Made by a program: the position numbers and the translations under genes
NCBI RefSeq assembly: GCF_001457595.1
Contig: NZ_LN831039.1
Coordinates: forward strand, 5,400,001 to 5,432,000
Origin: Mycolicibacterium smegmatis
GTDB taxonomy: Bacteria; Actinomycetota; Actinomycetes; Mycobacteriales; Mycobacteriaceae
Reading direction: 5' to 3'
DNA: 32,000 bases
Shown: positions 17,185 to 25,795 of the stretch, piece by piece
Layout of the letters: each line of letters opens with the position of its first letter
Numbering within the stretch: the stretch's first letter is position 1
The notes under the pieces: generated by a model
The model's database searches: none
What the model saw: only the letters and a program-made list of their open reading frames with translations
Told to the model about the DNA's origin: nothing

Positions 17185-18656
17185 TTCACGAGCCTCTTTT
17201 CAACTCGGTCCGACAGCTTGGTGAGCGCCATGATGACGACGAAGTAGATGATGCCGATGATCAGCCACATGGTGAACGACTGGAAGTTGCGGGCGATGAT
17301 GATGCGCCCGGTCTGGGTGAGCTCCGCGATGCCGATCACCGACAGGATCGAGGTGTCCTTCAACGTGATGACGAACTGGTTGATGTAGGACGGGATCATC
17401 GTCCGGATGGCTTGGGGCAGGATCACTTTTCGCATCGTGGGCAGGTACCCGATGCCGAGGCTGCGCGCGGCCTCCATCTGGCCCTTGTCCACCGATTGGA
17501 TGCCGCCACGCACGATCTCGGTCATGTAGGCGCCCGCGTTGAGCGACAGCGTGATGATGCCCGCCGTGAGCGCCGACATCTGGAATCCGAGCGCCGACGG
17601 GATGCCGAAGTAGATGAAGAACGCCTGCACCAGAAGTGGTGTGCCGCGGAAGATGTCGACGTAGGTGGTGCCGATCGCGCGCAACACGACCGACCGCGAC
17701 ACCCGCAGCAGGCCGAAGATGACGCCGAGCACCAGGGCGATGGCGATCGAGACCACCGTGAGGATCAGCGTCATCCGCAGGCCGATCATGAGGATGGGGA
17801 ACGTGCTCTTGAGCAGGCCGAGGAATGAGTTGTCGTTGTCGACGGCCTCCTCGCCGAGGTAGGTGGAGATGATCTCGTCGTAGCGCCCGGATTCCTTGAG
17901 TTGCGCCAGTCCGGCGTTGAATTTCTGCAGCAGTTCGGCATTCTGGCCCTTGTTGACCGCGAAGCCGTAGTTGGCGCCCTTCTCCTTGGGCGTGACGGTC
18001 TTGAAGCCGTTGCCTTGCGCGATGCCGTACTGCAGCACCGGGTAGTCCTCGAACACCGCCTGCGAGTTGCCGGTGCGCACCTCGTCGAACATCGATGCGG
18101 AATCGGCGAAATAGACGGTGGTGAACCCGTATTTGTCCTTGATGGACTCGGCGAACTCGGCGCCTTCTGTGCCGTTCTTGACCGCGACGCGCTTGCCACG
18201 CAGGTCCTCGTAGCTCTTGATGTCGTCGTCGGATGCCAGCACGGCCATCTGGACGCCCGATTCGAAGTACGGGTCGGAGAAGTCGAACACCTTCTTGCGC
18301 TCGTCGGTGATCGACATGCCCGCGATGACGCCATCGGCCTGATTGGCCTGTACGGCCTGCAGAGCGGCGTCGAAGCCGAGCGGTTTGATGGTGACGGTGA
18401 AGTTCTGGTCGGCCGCGATCTCGTTGATGAGATCGATGTCGATGCCGACGAATTTCCCGGAGGCGTCCTGGAATTCGAAAGGCGCGAACGTGATGTCGGT
18501 TGCGACGACGTACGTCTCGCCCTCGGCCGACGCGGTCGCAGGCGCCACCATCGGGATCAGACCCACCAGCGCGGCGACCGCGAGCATGAGCAGGCGGAAC
18601 GGATTTCGCGGTCCCGACCTTCGGCTGTGAACGTGCTGTGACCGTCTGGCGCGCAT
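17181..18656 (-). CDS. fused amino-acid ABC transporter substrate-binding protein/permease
   Basis: ATG at 18656 lies 7 nt after AAGGGGG. Signal-like [27 protein letters not shown]_bac_3-like domain ([14 protein letters not shown]...[14 protein letters not shown]), then a permease with EAA-type loop [27 protein letters not shown]. Confidence 0.9.
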   Translation of the reverse strand: MRARRSQHVHSRRSGPRNPFRLLMLAVAALVGLIPMVAPATASAEGETYVVATDITFAPFEFQDASGKFVGIDIDLINEIAADQNFTVTIKPLGFDAALQAVQANQADGVIAGMSITDERKKVFDFSDPYFESGVQMAVLASDDDIKSYEDLRGKRVAVKNGTEGAEFAESIKDKYGFTTVYFADSASMFDEVRTGNSQAVFEDYPVLQYGIAQGNGFKTVTPKEKGANYGFAVNKGQNAELLQKFNAGLAQLKESGRYDEIISTYLGEEAVDNDNSFLGLLKSTFPILMIGLRMTLILTVVSIAIALVLGVIFGLLRVSRSVVLRAIGTTYVDIFRGTPLLVQAFFIYFGIPSALGFQMSALTAGIITLSLNAGAYMTEIVRGGIQSVDKGQMEAARSLGIGYLPTMRKVILPQAIRTMIPSYINQFVITLKDTSILSVIGIAELTQTGRIIIARNFQSFTMWLIIGIIYFVVIMALTKLSDRVEKRLVK

Positions 18657-18743
18657 GTTCGGACCCCCTTTTGGCGGCGACACGGGACTTTTCACCGTAT
18701 CGCTACCGCGGGAGCGCCCGGGGAGTTTTGGCGGCGCGCCGCG

Positions 18744-19190
18744 TCAGGGACCGACTTTGTAGTGACTGCTGATCGCGATGCGGTTGAACGCGTTGATGGT
18801 CACCGCGAGCCACCTCAGCACAGCGACCTGCTGTGTGCTCAGCGCGGTCAGCAGTTCGGCATCCGAGGCCCGTGGCGGGTTCGAGATGTCGGTGATCTCC
18901 TCGGCGATCGCCAGCGCCGCGCGTTCCTCGTCGGTGAAGTAGGCGGTTTCCCGCCAGGCCGGGATCACGGCGATCCGGTCGGTGCTCTCGCCCTTGGCCA
19001 ACGCGTCACGCACGTGCATGCGCAGGCAGAACGCGCATCCGTTGATCTGTGACGCGCGGATCCGCACCAGTTCGACGGCCAGCGGACTGACGCCGGCATC
19101 GGCGGCGGCCTTCTCGCACTGCTCGTTGAGCGTGATCACCGACTTGTAGGCCTCGGGCAACGCGGTGTTGAGCGCCGGGCGACTGGACAT
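18744..19190 (-). CDS. carboxymuconolactone decarboxylase/AhpD-like family protein
   Basis: 148-aa ORF. ELVRIRASQINGCAFCLRMH carries the AhpD-type CxxC motif. Confidence 0.85.
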   Translation of the reverse strand: MSSRPALNTALPEAYKSVITLNEQCEKAAADAGVSPLAVELVRIRASQINGCAFCLRMHVRDALAKGESTDRIAVIPAWRETAYFTDEERAALAIAEEITDISNPPRASDAELLTALSTQQVAVLRWLAVTINAFNRIAISSHYKVGP

Positions 19191-19352
19191 GTGTTCCCTC
19201 CTGAACCGACCTGTTCTGACCTACCGGCGATCTCCAGCTGATCTCCACACAGCCTTCAAGCGCCCGGTCTCGCGTGACGACACGATCGACACATACCGAA
19301 AACGCCGAACGTTCGAGCCGATCATCCCGGCTCACCAACTCAAGGAGTCCAC

Positions 19353-19673
19353 ATGACGTCGACCAGGACACGCCAGGCCTTCGCGGCAGCGGGAGCAGGC
19401 GCGGCAGCGCTGAGCGCACTTCTCGCGTTCGCCACCCCGGCACACGCTGAGTCCGCCGCCCTGACCATCGGCCAGCTTGAGGCGCAGGGCTTCGATGTGC
19501 GGGTGGATCGTGTCGGAAGCGCACCGCTCGAGCAGTGCGTGGTCACGGGAATCCGCAATCCGCGCGAGCGCACCAGGATCGTGCGGTTCGACGGCCCGCG
19601 CGGTCGCGACCGGCTGGTTCCCGTGGTGGTGCAGCGCAGCATCACGGTGTCGCTCGACTGCTCACGGCGATGA
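19353..19673 (+). CDS. small secreted hypothetical protein
   Basis: AAGGAG (19342-19347) 5 nt before the ATG. Signal peptide ...AAALSALLAFATPAHA-ES. 2 Cys in the mature part; high GC3. Confidence 0.7.
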   Translation: MTSTRTRQAFAAAGAGAAALSALLAFATPAHAESAALTIGQLEAQGFDVRVDRVGSAPLEQCVVTGIRNPRERTRIVRFDGPRGRDRLVPVVVQRSITVSLDCSRR

Positions 19674-19693
19674 TGGTGGTGCACAACGAAAAT

Positions 19694-19715
19694 GGGCGCC
19701 GGCGGCCCGGCGCCC
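19694..19715 (-). terminator. intrinsic terminator after the envelope-protein gene
   Basis: gggcgccgg (19694-19702) / ccggcgccc (19707-19715), 4-nt loop. The minus-strand transcript continues AUUUUCGUU. Lies between convergent stops at 19673 and 19726. Confidence 0.65.
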
Positions 19716-19725
19716 ACCTCGGCGT

Positions 19726-21066
19726 CTACTCCGCGCCGCCGCCGGAGCCACCGCCGTCGGATTCCGAACCACCCGACTTGGTCGAGGATTCTTGTTTGAC
19801 CGGCTTGGCCGGCTTGGCCTTCTTGCCACTCAGCCCGGCCACGGCATCCTTCACACCGTTCCTGACGTTCTTGATGGCGCCACGGATCCCGTTGCGGATG
19901 TCCTTGACCGCGTTGACCTTCTTCGGCTTGGCCACGGTGGAGGGCTTGGCCGGGGTCGTGATGGCTTCCTCGCTGTCGTCGGCCACCGGCTTGGCCTCGC
20001 TCGCGGCCGACGCCGACGCGGCGTCAGTCGCCGACGGTGCCTGCTTGGTCGAGGTGTCCGTGGCCGCAGCAGGGGCGTCCGTCGTCGCCTCCGCCGGCGT
20101 GGTGACTGCACCAGCGGCGGGTGTCTCGGGTCCCACGAGCGCCTTCGGCACATCCAGCGTCACCGAAGCCCTGGTCAGCGCAGCCGGCTCGGCCACGGCC
20201 GCCGTGCCGGCCGCCGTCTTGGCTGCGGTGGTCGCCGGGGCGATCGCGTCCGCCACCATGTCCCGCAGGGTGAGCAGTCCGGCGACCACGCCCTGCGGCC
20301 CGAGGAGACCGGCGCTGAACCCCGGCATCCCCGGGGCGCCGTTGAGCAGTGCGTAGGTGAAGTTCGGCCCGAGGTTGATCACCGCGTTCGCAACCTTCTC
20401 GAGGTCGCCGGTCTTGATCCCCGCGAACACGTCGTCACCGGCCGCGCCGACCGCGTCGGTGAGGTCGGTGAGCAACTGGACAGGCGCCAACAACGGGCCG
20501 AGGACGTTGTAGACCTCGGGTTCGGCGAGCAGATCGATGACCGACAACGTATTGGCGACGGGCTGGCGGATGGCGTTCTGCAAGCCGGCCCAGACGTCGG
20601 GATTGAACAGCAAGGTGTCGACCACACCGTTGACGACGGGCCCGAGGACGGTCTGCAGCACGGTCTCCAGCGCACCCGTGACGTCACCTGCGGAGAACTT
20701 CTCGACCGCGGACTGCAACTGTTCCGGGGTGTCGGCGAGTGCGGTGATGACGCTGGATGTGAACACCTCGGCGAACGTGGCCACCCCCGCGGCACTGTTC
20801 ACCTGGTTACGCACGATGTTCGACAGGATCGGCGCCGGAGCGGCGGCGATGCGTGCGGTCAGGGCCTCGGCGTTCTTGAGGGCTGCGGTGAACGCCGCGG
20901 CGTAGCCGTCGATGGGGTTGGCCAAAGCGGACAGGGCGACACCGGCCGACGACTGTGCGCGCTCGGTGATGTCCGGTGGCAACGGGGCCACCGGACTGAC
21001 CGCGATGACGCCTGCTCCTGCGAACGCCACGCCCGCAGTGAGGTAGGAGCGAACAGCTTGTTGCAT
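19726..21066 (-). CDS. envelope-associated hypothetical protein: N-terminal hydrophobic anchor, helical domain, Ala/Thr/Pro-rich linker, Lys-rich tail
   Basis: ATG at 21066 follows AAGGAG. MQQAVRSYLTAGVAFAGAGVIAVSPVAP anchor, ATTAAKTAAGTAAVAEP...TPAEATTDAPAAATDTS linker, C-terminal KPSTVAKPKKVNAVKDIRNGIRGAIKNVRNGVKDAVAGLSGKKAKPAKPVKQ. The 30-codon upstream extension in the ORF track is rejected. Confidence 0.7.
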   Translation of the reverse strand: MQQAVRSYLTAGVAFAGAGVIAVSPVAPLPPDITERAQSSAGVALSALANPIDGYAAAFTAALKNAEALTARIAAAPAPILSNIVRNQVNSAAGVATFAEVFTSSVITALADTPEQLQSAVEKFSAGDVTGALETVLQTVLGPVVNGVVDTLLFNPDVWAGLQNAIRQPVANTLSVIDLLAEPEVYNVLGPLLAPVQLLTDLTDAVGAAGDDVFAGIKTGDLEKVANAVINLGPNFTYALLNGAPGMPGFSAGLLGPQGVVAGLLTLRDMVADAIAPATTAAKTAAGTAAVAEPAALTRASVTLDVPKALVGPETPAAGAVTTPAEATTDAPAAATDTSTKQAPSATDAASASAASEAKPVADDSEEAITTPAKPSTVAKPKKVNAVKDIRNGIRGAIKNVRNGVKDAVAGLSGKKAKPAKPVKQESSTKSGGSESDGGGSGGGAE

Positions 21067-21550
21067 CGATTCTCCTTTTGCTGAGTGAAACCCCCGGGCG
21101 GAGAACTTACTCCCAAGTAGGTTTTTCGCAAAGGAAAATTGCAAGTCACGAAGCACGTTTCATGATCAGCGTCTACGCCAGCGGAACATAGGGAAGCAAT
21201 TCGAAGTTAGCTGCTGCACATGCGGGCGCAACCATTCCGCAACGCCCTTGAGGCAATTTCCACCGAGCCACCCGGCAACGTCGCGCCAGACCGGACCGTG
21301 CGATGCCACGCGGTTGCACGGGAGGCCGGGTCCCGCTTCTTACTCCTGAGTAAGTTCTGCGACTATGGTGTGGCGCACGTTGCGGGTATGACTATGAACC
21401 GCCTCACATTCATCGGTTCCAGCTAACTGCGTCACCCCCACGAACATGGGACCGCCAGCAACGTCCGTTGTACAAATTGGCGATCTTGTCCAATTCGCTG
21501 GCGCATTCAGTCGATCTGTAAAGCGCGGATTCCGTCGCATCCAGGACGCG

Positions 21551-22348
21551 TCACCACCCGTCAGTGCGGTTCAGCACGGAGCCACCGTCGAAGCGTCCCG
21601 TCCTGAGCAAGGTCGGGAAGTGCGCGACGCCGAACAGCGGGTCGTGGGCCGGTTCGCCGCACACGCGAGCGCCGAGGCGCAGGTATCCGCGCACCAGCGC
21701 GGGTACCGGCGAGTCCGACACCGCTGCAGTGTCCAGGGGCATGTCATCGAGGGGCACGCCGTCGATCACCACAGGCCGGTACGGGTGCACTGCGTAGCAG
21801 TCCGGCGTCGCGAAGTCGCGACGCATGAAGTCGCGCACCGCACGCACCTGGGCGCCGGGAACGCTGCCCAGCGGATGCGTCGGCACCGTGATGCAGCCGA
21901 AGAGGTGGTCGTAGCCATATCGATCGGCGTAGTCGAGGATGGCCGACCACATCATCATCAGGACAGCGCCGTTGCGGTGATCGGCCCGCACCACGGCGTG
22001 CCCCCATTCGAGCAGGGACAGCCGGAGCGGGTCGAGAGCCGTGAGGTCGAAGGATTTCGCGGCGTACAGACCCCCGGTGGCGAACACGCCGCCGGTCGGC
22101 AGGATCCGGGCACAGCCCACCAGTTCCTCGGTGCGGTTGTCACGCACCAACACGTGTACGCAGTGGTCGTCGAAACTGTCGGCGTCGAATCCGGTTCCGG
22201 CGGCGGTGTATCCGCACTCGTCGGTGAGCACTTCACGGCGCAGCCGTTGCCCGGCCTCGATGAGTTCGGTGTCGGTGGACAGCAGCACGCTGTAGCGCGG
22301 CGCGACCGTCAGGGGTTCCGCCTGAACCTGAACGTAGGTGGTGGCCAT
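21551..22348 (-). CDS. OlsB-like GNAT N-acyltransferase (Acetyltransf_5 / N-acyl amino acid synthase family), paralogue 1
   Basis: AGGAGG 6 nt before the ATG at 22348. Motifs DSFDDHCVHVLVRD, GCARILP, GGLYAAKSFD, LLEWGHAVV, HRNG, LFGCITVP, PALVRGYLRLGARVCGEPAHDPLFGVAHFP parallel my recollection of the OlsB pattern (D.FD..C.HL.V.D, YRLL, LE.GR.C, FGC.S, P.L.K.YLR.GA). Confidence 0.8.
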   Translation of the reverse strand: MATTYVQVQAEPLTVAPRYSVLLSTDTELIEAGQRLRREVLTDECGYTAAGTGFDADSFDDHCVHVLVRDNRTEELVGCARILPTGGVFATGGLYAAKSFDLTALDPLRLSLLEWGHAVVRADHRNGAVLMMMWSAILDYADRYGYDHLFGCITVPTHPLGSVPGAQVRAVRDFMRRDFATPDCYAVHPYRPVVIDGVPLDDMPLDTAAVSDSPVPALVRGYLRLGARVCGEPAHDPLFGVAHFPTLLRTGRFDGGSVLNRTDGW

Positions 22349-22440
22349 CGCGATCCTCCTGTCGAACGAACAATCAACCTGGAATCACAGTGGCGCACAA
22401 TGAACTCCATGACAGTCGGTCGATCGGCGGGGAGAACGGA

Positions 22441-22478
22441 TGAATCCGGTGTCCCCTGTTCGGGGGACACCGGATTCA
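22441..22478 (-). terminator. 16-bp perfect hairpin at the stop of OlsB-like paralogue 2
   Basis: tgaatccggtgtcccc (22441-22456) / ggggacaccggattca (22463-22478), 6-nt loop. The TGA stop (22476-22478) lies inside the stem. There is no strong U-tract, so this resembles the tract-less hairpin terminators reported for mycobacteria. Confidence 0.6.
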
Positions 22479-23177
22479 CGACGGACGCAGGAACTGAAGC
22501 ATCGGGAAGTGCGCGACCCCGAACTCGGGGTCATACGCCGGGTCACCACACAGCCTGGCGCCGAGGCGAACCTGCGCGGCCAGCGGTTCGGGCAGCGTGC
22601 ACTGTGGTTCGTGTCCGGGCAGGTGCAGCGCATCGTGTACCACGGGCCGGTACGGGCGCACGGTGTAGCGGCCGGGCGCCGCGTGCTCGCGCCTCAGCAG
22701 GTTGCGCATCGCGCGGACCTCGCCGGCGGGGTGCAGCGGCATCGGGACACTGCCCACGAGGTGTGCGTAGCCGTGCTGCTCGGCGTACCCGAGCACTCCC
22801 GACCACAAGGCGAGCGCGGCCCGGCTGTTGCGGTGTCCGGGACGGATCACCGCCCGGCTGAATTCGAGGGCGGCCGGCCGCAACGGATCGAGCGCCGAGA
22901 CATCGAATGCCGTTGCGAGATAGAGCCCTCCGGCGTCGGTCGCGCCGTCGTGGGGCAGAATCCGGCAGCTGCCCACCAGCTCGCCCGAGGCGTCGTCACG
23001 CACCAGGACATGTAGACAGTGTTCGTCGAAGCGGTCACCGTCGAGCGCCGGCGCGGGAAGGCCGTGTCCGGCGAGCGCCTCGTGACGCAGCCGCAGCGCG
23101 TCCTCGACCACCTCCGATGACAGCCGCACGCTGTAGCTCGCAGGCTCGTGGCCGGTGCGGACCGCGTTGATGCTCAT
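22476..23177 (-). CDS. OlsB-like GNAT N-acyltransferase, paralogue 2
   Basis: ATG at 23177 (MSINAV...). Motifs DRFDEHCLHVLVRD, SCRILP, GGLYLATAFD, ALEFSRAVI, HRNS, RPYRPVV, VRLGARLCGDPAYDPEFGVAHFP. Clearly paralogous to 21551-22348. Confidence 0.8.
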   Translation of the reverse strand: MSINAVRTGHEPASYSVRLSSEVVEDALRLRHEALAGHGLPAPALDGDRFDEHCLHVLVRDDASGELVGSCRILPHDGATDAGGLYLATAFDVSALDPLRPAALEFSRAVIRPGHRNSRAALALWSGVLGYAEQHGYAHLVGSVPMPLHPAGEVRAMRNLLRREHAAPGRYTVRPYRPVVHDALHLPGHEPQCTLPEPLAAQVRLGARLCGDPAYDPEFGVAHFPMLQFLRPS

Positions 23178-23285
23178 GAGACCCCCGTTCGTCAGACCGA
23201 TCGGCCTGACATGACTGTGACGCACGGGGGCGTCGATTTCTGTCGGCCGATCGGCGTCACAACGGGAGGAAGTGCTGTCCCCCGG

Positions 23286-23609
23286 TCAGTCGATCCGGAT
23301 GACGTATGTGCCGTCCTCGTCGCGCTCGATCTCGTTCTCGAGCGCGTTGACCCATACCGGGGTGTCGCGTCGCGACCCGAGGAACGCGCCGATCACGGCG
23401 CCGCCGGGCTGCAGATCGACATTCCACTCGTCGGCTTGGGCGACGATGGTGACGATCTCCTCGCCGTTGGCGCGGCGGATCGAGATCACCTGGCCGTTGG
23501 CTTCCTCGTCGTCGAGTTCGGCTTCGTAATCGTCCAACTCGATGTCGTCTGCGTTCTCAGCATCCAGTCCCGCGGAATCCTCATGCACGCCGAAGACTGT
23601 ACTCAGCAT
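23286..23609 (-). CDS. highly acidic hypothetical protein
   Basis: 107-aa ORF with strong GC3 bias. DAENADDIELDDYEAELDDEEANG acidic tract, then a probable beta-rich domain. I recognise no family. Confidence 0.6.
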   Translation of the reverse strand: MLSTVFGVHEDSAGLDAENADDIELDDYEAELDDEEANGQVISIRRANGEEIVTIVAQADEWNVDLQPGGAVIGAFLGSRRDTPVWVNALENEIERDEDGTYVIRID

Positions 23610-23849
23610 CCACAGGGGCTACCTGCCACGTGTTCCAAGTTGCCGCAGATCGACGCCTGAGACACGGCACAGCATCTCCGAGAAGATTTGCCCGCCCGGC
23701 CAATTCACGCGTCCACCAGCATCAAGATCAGCGTCGTGGATAGCTGCCCATAGAGGTAGTGCACTACGCGCGAATCAAACGGCCCGTCCCCATAGTTTTT
23801 CCTTCTGTAAGCGTCATCCACCCCCGGGCGCAAACGAAAGAAGTCCGAC

Positions 23850-24173
23850 ATGAGCAAGCACCCCGTGCCGTCCATGCCCGCTGTGCCGTGTGCGCGTGCC
23901 GCACGGCGCCCGCACCCGGTCCATCGGGACCGCCCGCCCAACATCGACGGCCCCGTTCTGATCACCCCGCAGCAGGTGCTGTTCAGCACCGCTGCTGCCG
24001 CAGGCCGGCCGACGCGCCGCCTCGGGTTCCTGTGGCGGGTGGCGTCGGCCCCATCGCGTCTGGTGTCGCGAACCCGGACGTGGACCGCGGCCCGGCGCGA
24101 GCGCCACAGGCCCCACGTACGACTGGGTTTCATGGAGGAGGCGGCGATGTCACGGGAGATGGACCGGCTGTAG
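23850..24173 (+). CDS. Arg-rich basic hypothetical protein (tentative)
   Basis: 107-aa ORF. Nearly all codons end in G/C, consistent with real coding in this genome. It fills an otherwise 900-bp gap. Weak SD (gaaagaag). I recognise no domain. Confidence 0.4.
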   Translation: MSKHPVPSMPAVPCARAARRPHPVHRDRPPNIDGPVLITPQQVLFSTAAAAGRPTRRLGFLWRVASAPSRLVSRTRTWTAARRERHRPHVRLGFMEEAAMSREMDRL

Positions 24174-24510
24174 CTGTTCACAACCGAACGATGAATAGCC
24201 GGTCAAACCAACAGCTTTGGCTGCGGATTCGTGCTCCCGGTCACATTTCCGGGCTACGGGGCACGACACGCCGGGGCCGAAGTCGCACTGCGTCCCGCGT
24301 CACATGCCCCCGTGCCCTACGGTGTGCTGCGTGAACCGCCCCGAATCCGCCCGGCACATCAGGAATATGGCAAGGCGATCCTGACTTATGACCCCAAAGC
24401 GGGTCGTCACACGTTATTTGACAGAAGACGTTTATGTACCAACGAGACAGGGAACAATGGGCGCTCCGGCGACGTTGCCCTAGCACCGGCCTAAGAAAGG
24501 AAGGATGACC

Positions 24511-24804
24511 ATGGCTACCGATTACGACGCGCCTCGTACCAAAGAGGTCGACGAGGTTGCCGACGAGTCACTCGAAGACCTTGCCGCCCGACGCGCGTCC
24601 GCCGACACTGCGGTGATCGACGAGGACGAGGTCGTCGACTCATTCGACCTCCCCGACGTGGACCTCACCGGTGAGGAACTCACAGTCCGGGTGGTCCCCA
24701 AGCAGCAGGACGAGTTCACCTGCTCCAGCTGCTTCCTGGTGCAGCACCAGAACCGTCTGGCTCTGCAACGCGGCAACGAGCAGATCTGCGTCGACTGCGT
24801 CTGA
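24511..24804 (+). CDS. DUF4193 family protein (actinobacterial, C-terminal zinc-ribbon-like CxxC...CxxC)
   Basis: MATDYDAPRTKEVDEVADESLEDL... is the typical DUF4193 N-terminus. FTCSSCFLVQHQNRLALQRGNEQICVDC gives C-x2-C-x19-C-x2-C. GAAAGGAAGG ends 6 nt before the ATG at 24511; the in-frame ATG at 24505 sits too close to the SD. Confidence 0.85.
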   Translation: MATDYDAPRTKEVDEVADESLEDLAARRASADTAVIDEDEVVDSFDLPDVDLTGEELTVRVVPKQQDEFTCSSCFLVQHQNRLALQRGNEQICVDCV

Positions 24805-24862
24805 ACAGCATCTGAGAAGACACCGGTCGTCGAGGCCGGACCCGGCGAGGGCCGACTGAACG

Positions 24863-25603
24863 TCACACTTCGCGCTGGGCCGGTTCTCGTAGGCCGGTGT
24901 CTTCTTCTGTGTCCGCCGCAGCCGACGAGCGCCGCAGCACCTGCGGGCGCAACCGCTCCGGCAGCGCGAACACCATCGCGGCCAGTGCGGCGACGATGCC
25001 CAGCGAGGCCGCCACGAGCAGCAGAGCCGGCGCGTGCCAGATGTTCTCCAGCAGCATGAAGAAGCCGAACCCGAGGAAAAGCACCGCCGCGGCGATCTGG
25101 ATCATCCGCTCGGGCAGATGCTTGCCGGCGATGGCCCCGACCACGATGGCCAGCGCGTCGGCGGCCACCATGCCGATGGTCGACCCGATCCACACCCCCA
25201 CCCAGTCGTTGTCAGCTGCCAGGGTGATGGTCGCGAGCATCGTCTTGTCGCCGAGCTCGGCCAGCAGGAACGCCGAGGTGACCGCGAAGAACGCCGGCGC
25301 GCTCGTGCGTTGGGCCCGGGTGGCCTCGTCCTCGGAGAGGCGGTCGCCGCGCAGCGTCCACAGCCCGAAGAACACGAACGCGACGCCCGCGACGATGCCC
25401 AGCAGATGGGTCGGTAGCGCGGCTCCCAGGTAATGGCCGACCGCGACAGAGATGAGGTGGACGGCCGTGGTCGCGAGCGTGATGCCGCCGAGGACAACCC
25501 ACCAGCGGTAACGCAATGCAAAGGTCATCGCCATGAGCTGCGATTTGTCCCCGAGCTCGGCGATGAAGATGACTCCGAAGCTCAGCGCCAGCGCGGCCAG
25601 CAT
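24863..25603 (-). CDS. UPF0016 (TMEM165/GDT1) family cation transporter, probable Mn2+/Ca2+ exporter
   Basis: Two E-x-G-D-K-[ST] motifs (IAELGDKSQLM and LAELGDKTMLA) in a two-repeat membrane protein. AAGGAG lies before the ATG at 25603. Confidence 0.9.
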   Translation of the reverse strand: MLAALALSFGVIFIAELGDKSQLMAMTFALRYRWWVVLGGITLATTAVHLISVAVGHYLGAALPTHLLGIVAGVAFVFFGLWTLRGDRLSEDEATRAQRTSAPAFFAVTSAFLLAELGDKTMLATITLAADNDWVGVWIGSTIGMVAADALAIVVGAIAGKHLPERMIQIAAAVLFLGFGFFMLLENIWHAPALLLVAASLGIVAALAAMVFALPERLRPQVLRRSSAAADTEEDTGLREPAQREV

Positions 25604-25671
25604 GAGGCTCCTTCTTCTGGGGCTGCCCGGGCGGAAAGCAGATGCCTCCGACCGGCAGCCTGACGGCTGTT

Positions 25672-25795
25672 ACGGCCGAAGGTCTCGCTCGCCGAATGAA
25701 TTCGGTGATTGGCCGGGCGCCGCGTTGCGCCAGTATGTCGACCAACCGCATCCGCCACCGGATGTGACGGGCAGGAACTACTCCCCTTCGCAACG
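25672..25795 (-). promoter_or_regulatory. yybP-ykoY-type Mn2+ riboswitch aptamer
   Basis: The minus-strand RNA reads GCGAAGGGGAGUAGUUCC...GGUCGACAUACUGG...CGGCGAGCGAGACCUUCGGCC. Conserved GGGGAGUAG (25778-25786), GACAUAC (25733-25739) and GAGACC (25681-25686). CGAAGG pairs with CCUUCG to close P1. A possible -10 TAGTCT (25799-25804) sits just upstream; the downstream gene is a UPF0016 transporter. Confidence 0.8.

Noticed and set aside
21220-21426. 68-aa ORF in the leader of the envelope-protein gene (also 21340-21540 on the minus strand).
   Set aside because: There is no SD, the third-position GC bias is poor compared with the neighbours, and I see no recognisable motif.
23705-24181. 158-aa minus-strand ORF overlapping the Arg-rich plus-strand ORF.
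   Set aside because: It would have to start inside non-coding-looking sequence and it translates as an Arg/Gly-rich antisense-type string. The plus-strand frame has the better codon third-position pattern. Neither ORF is certain.
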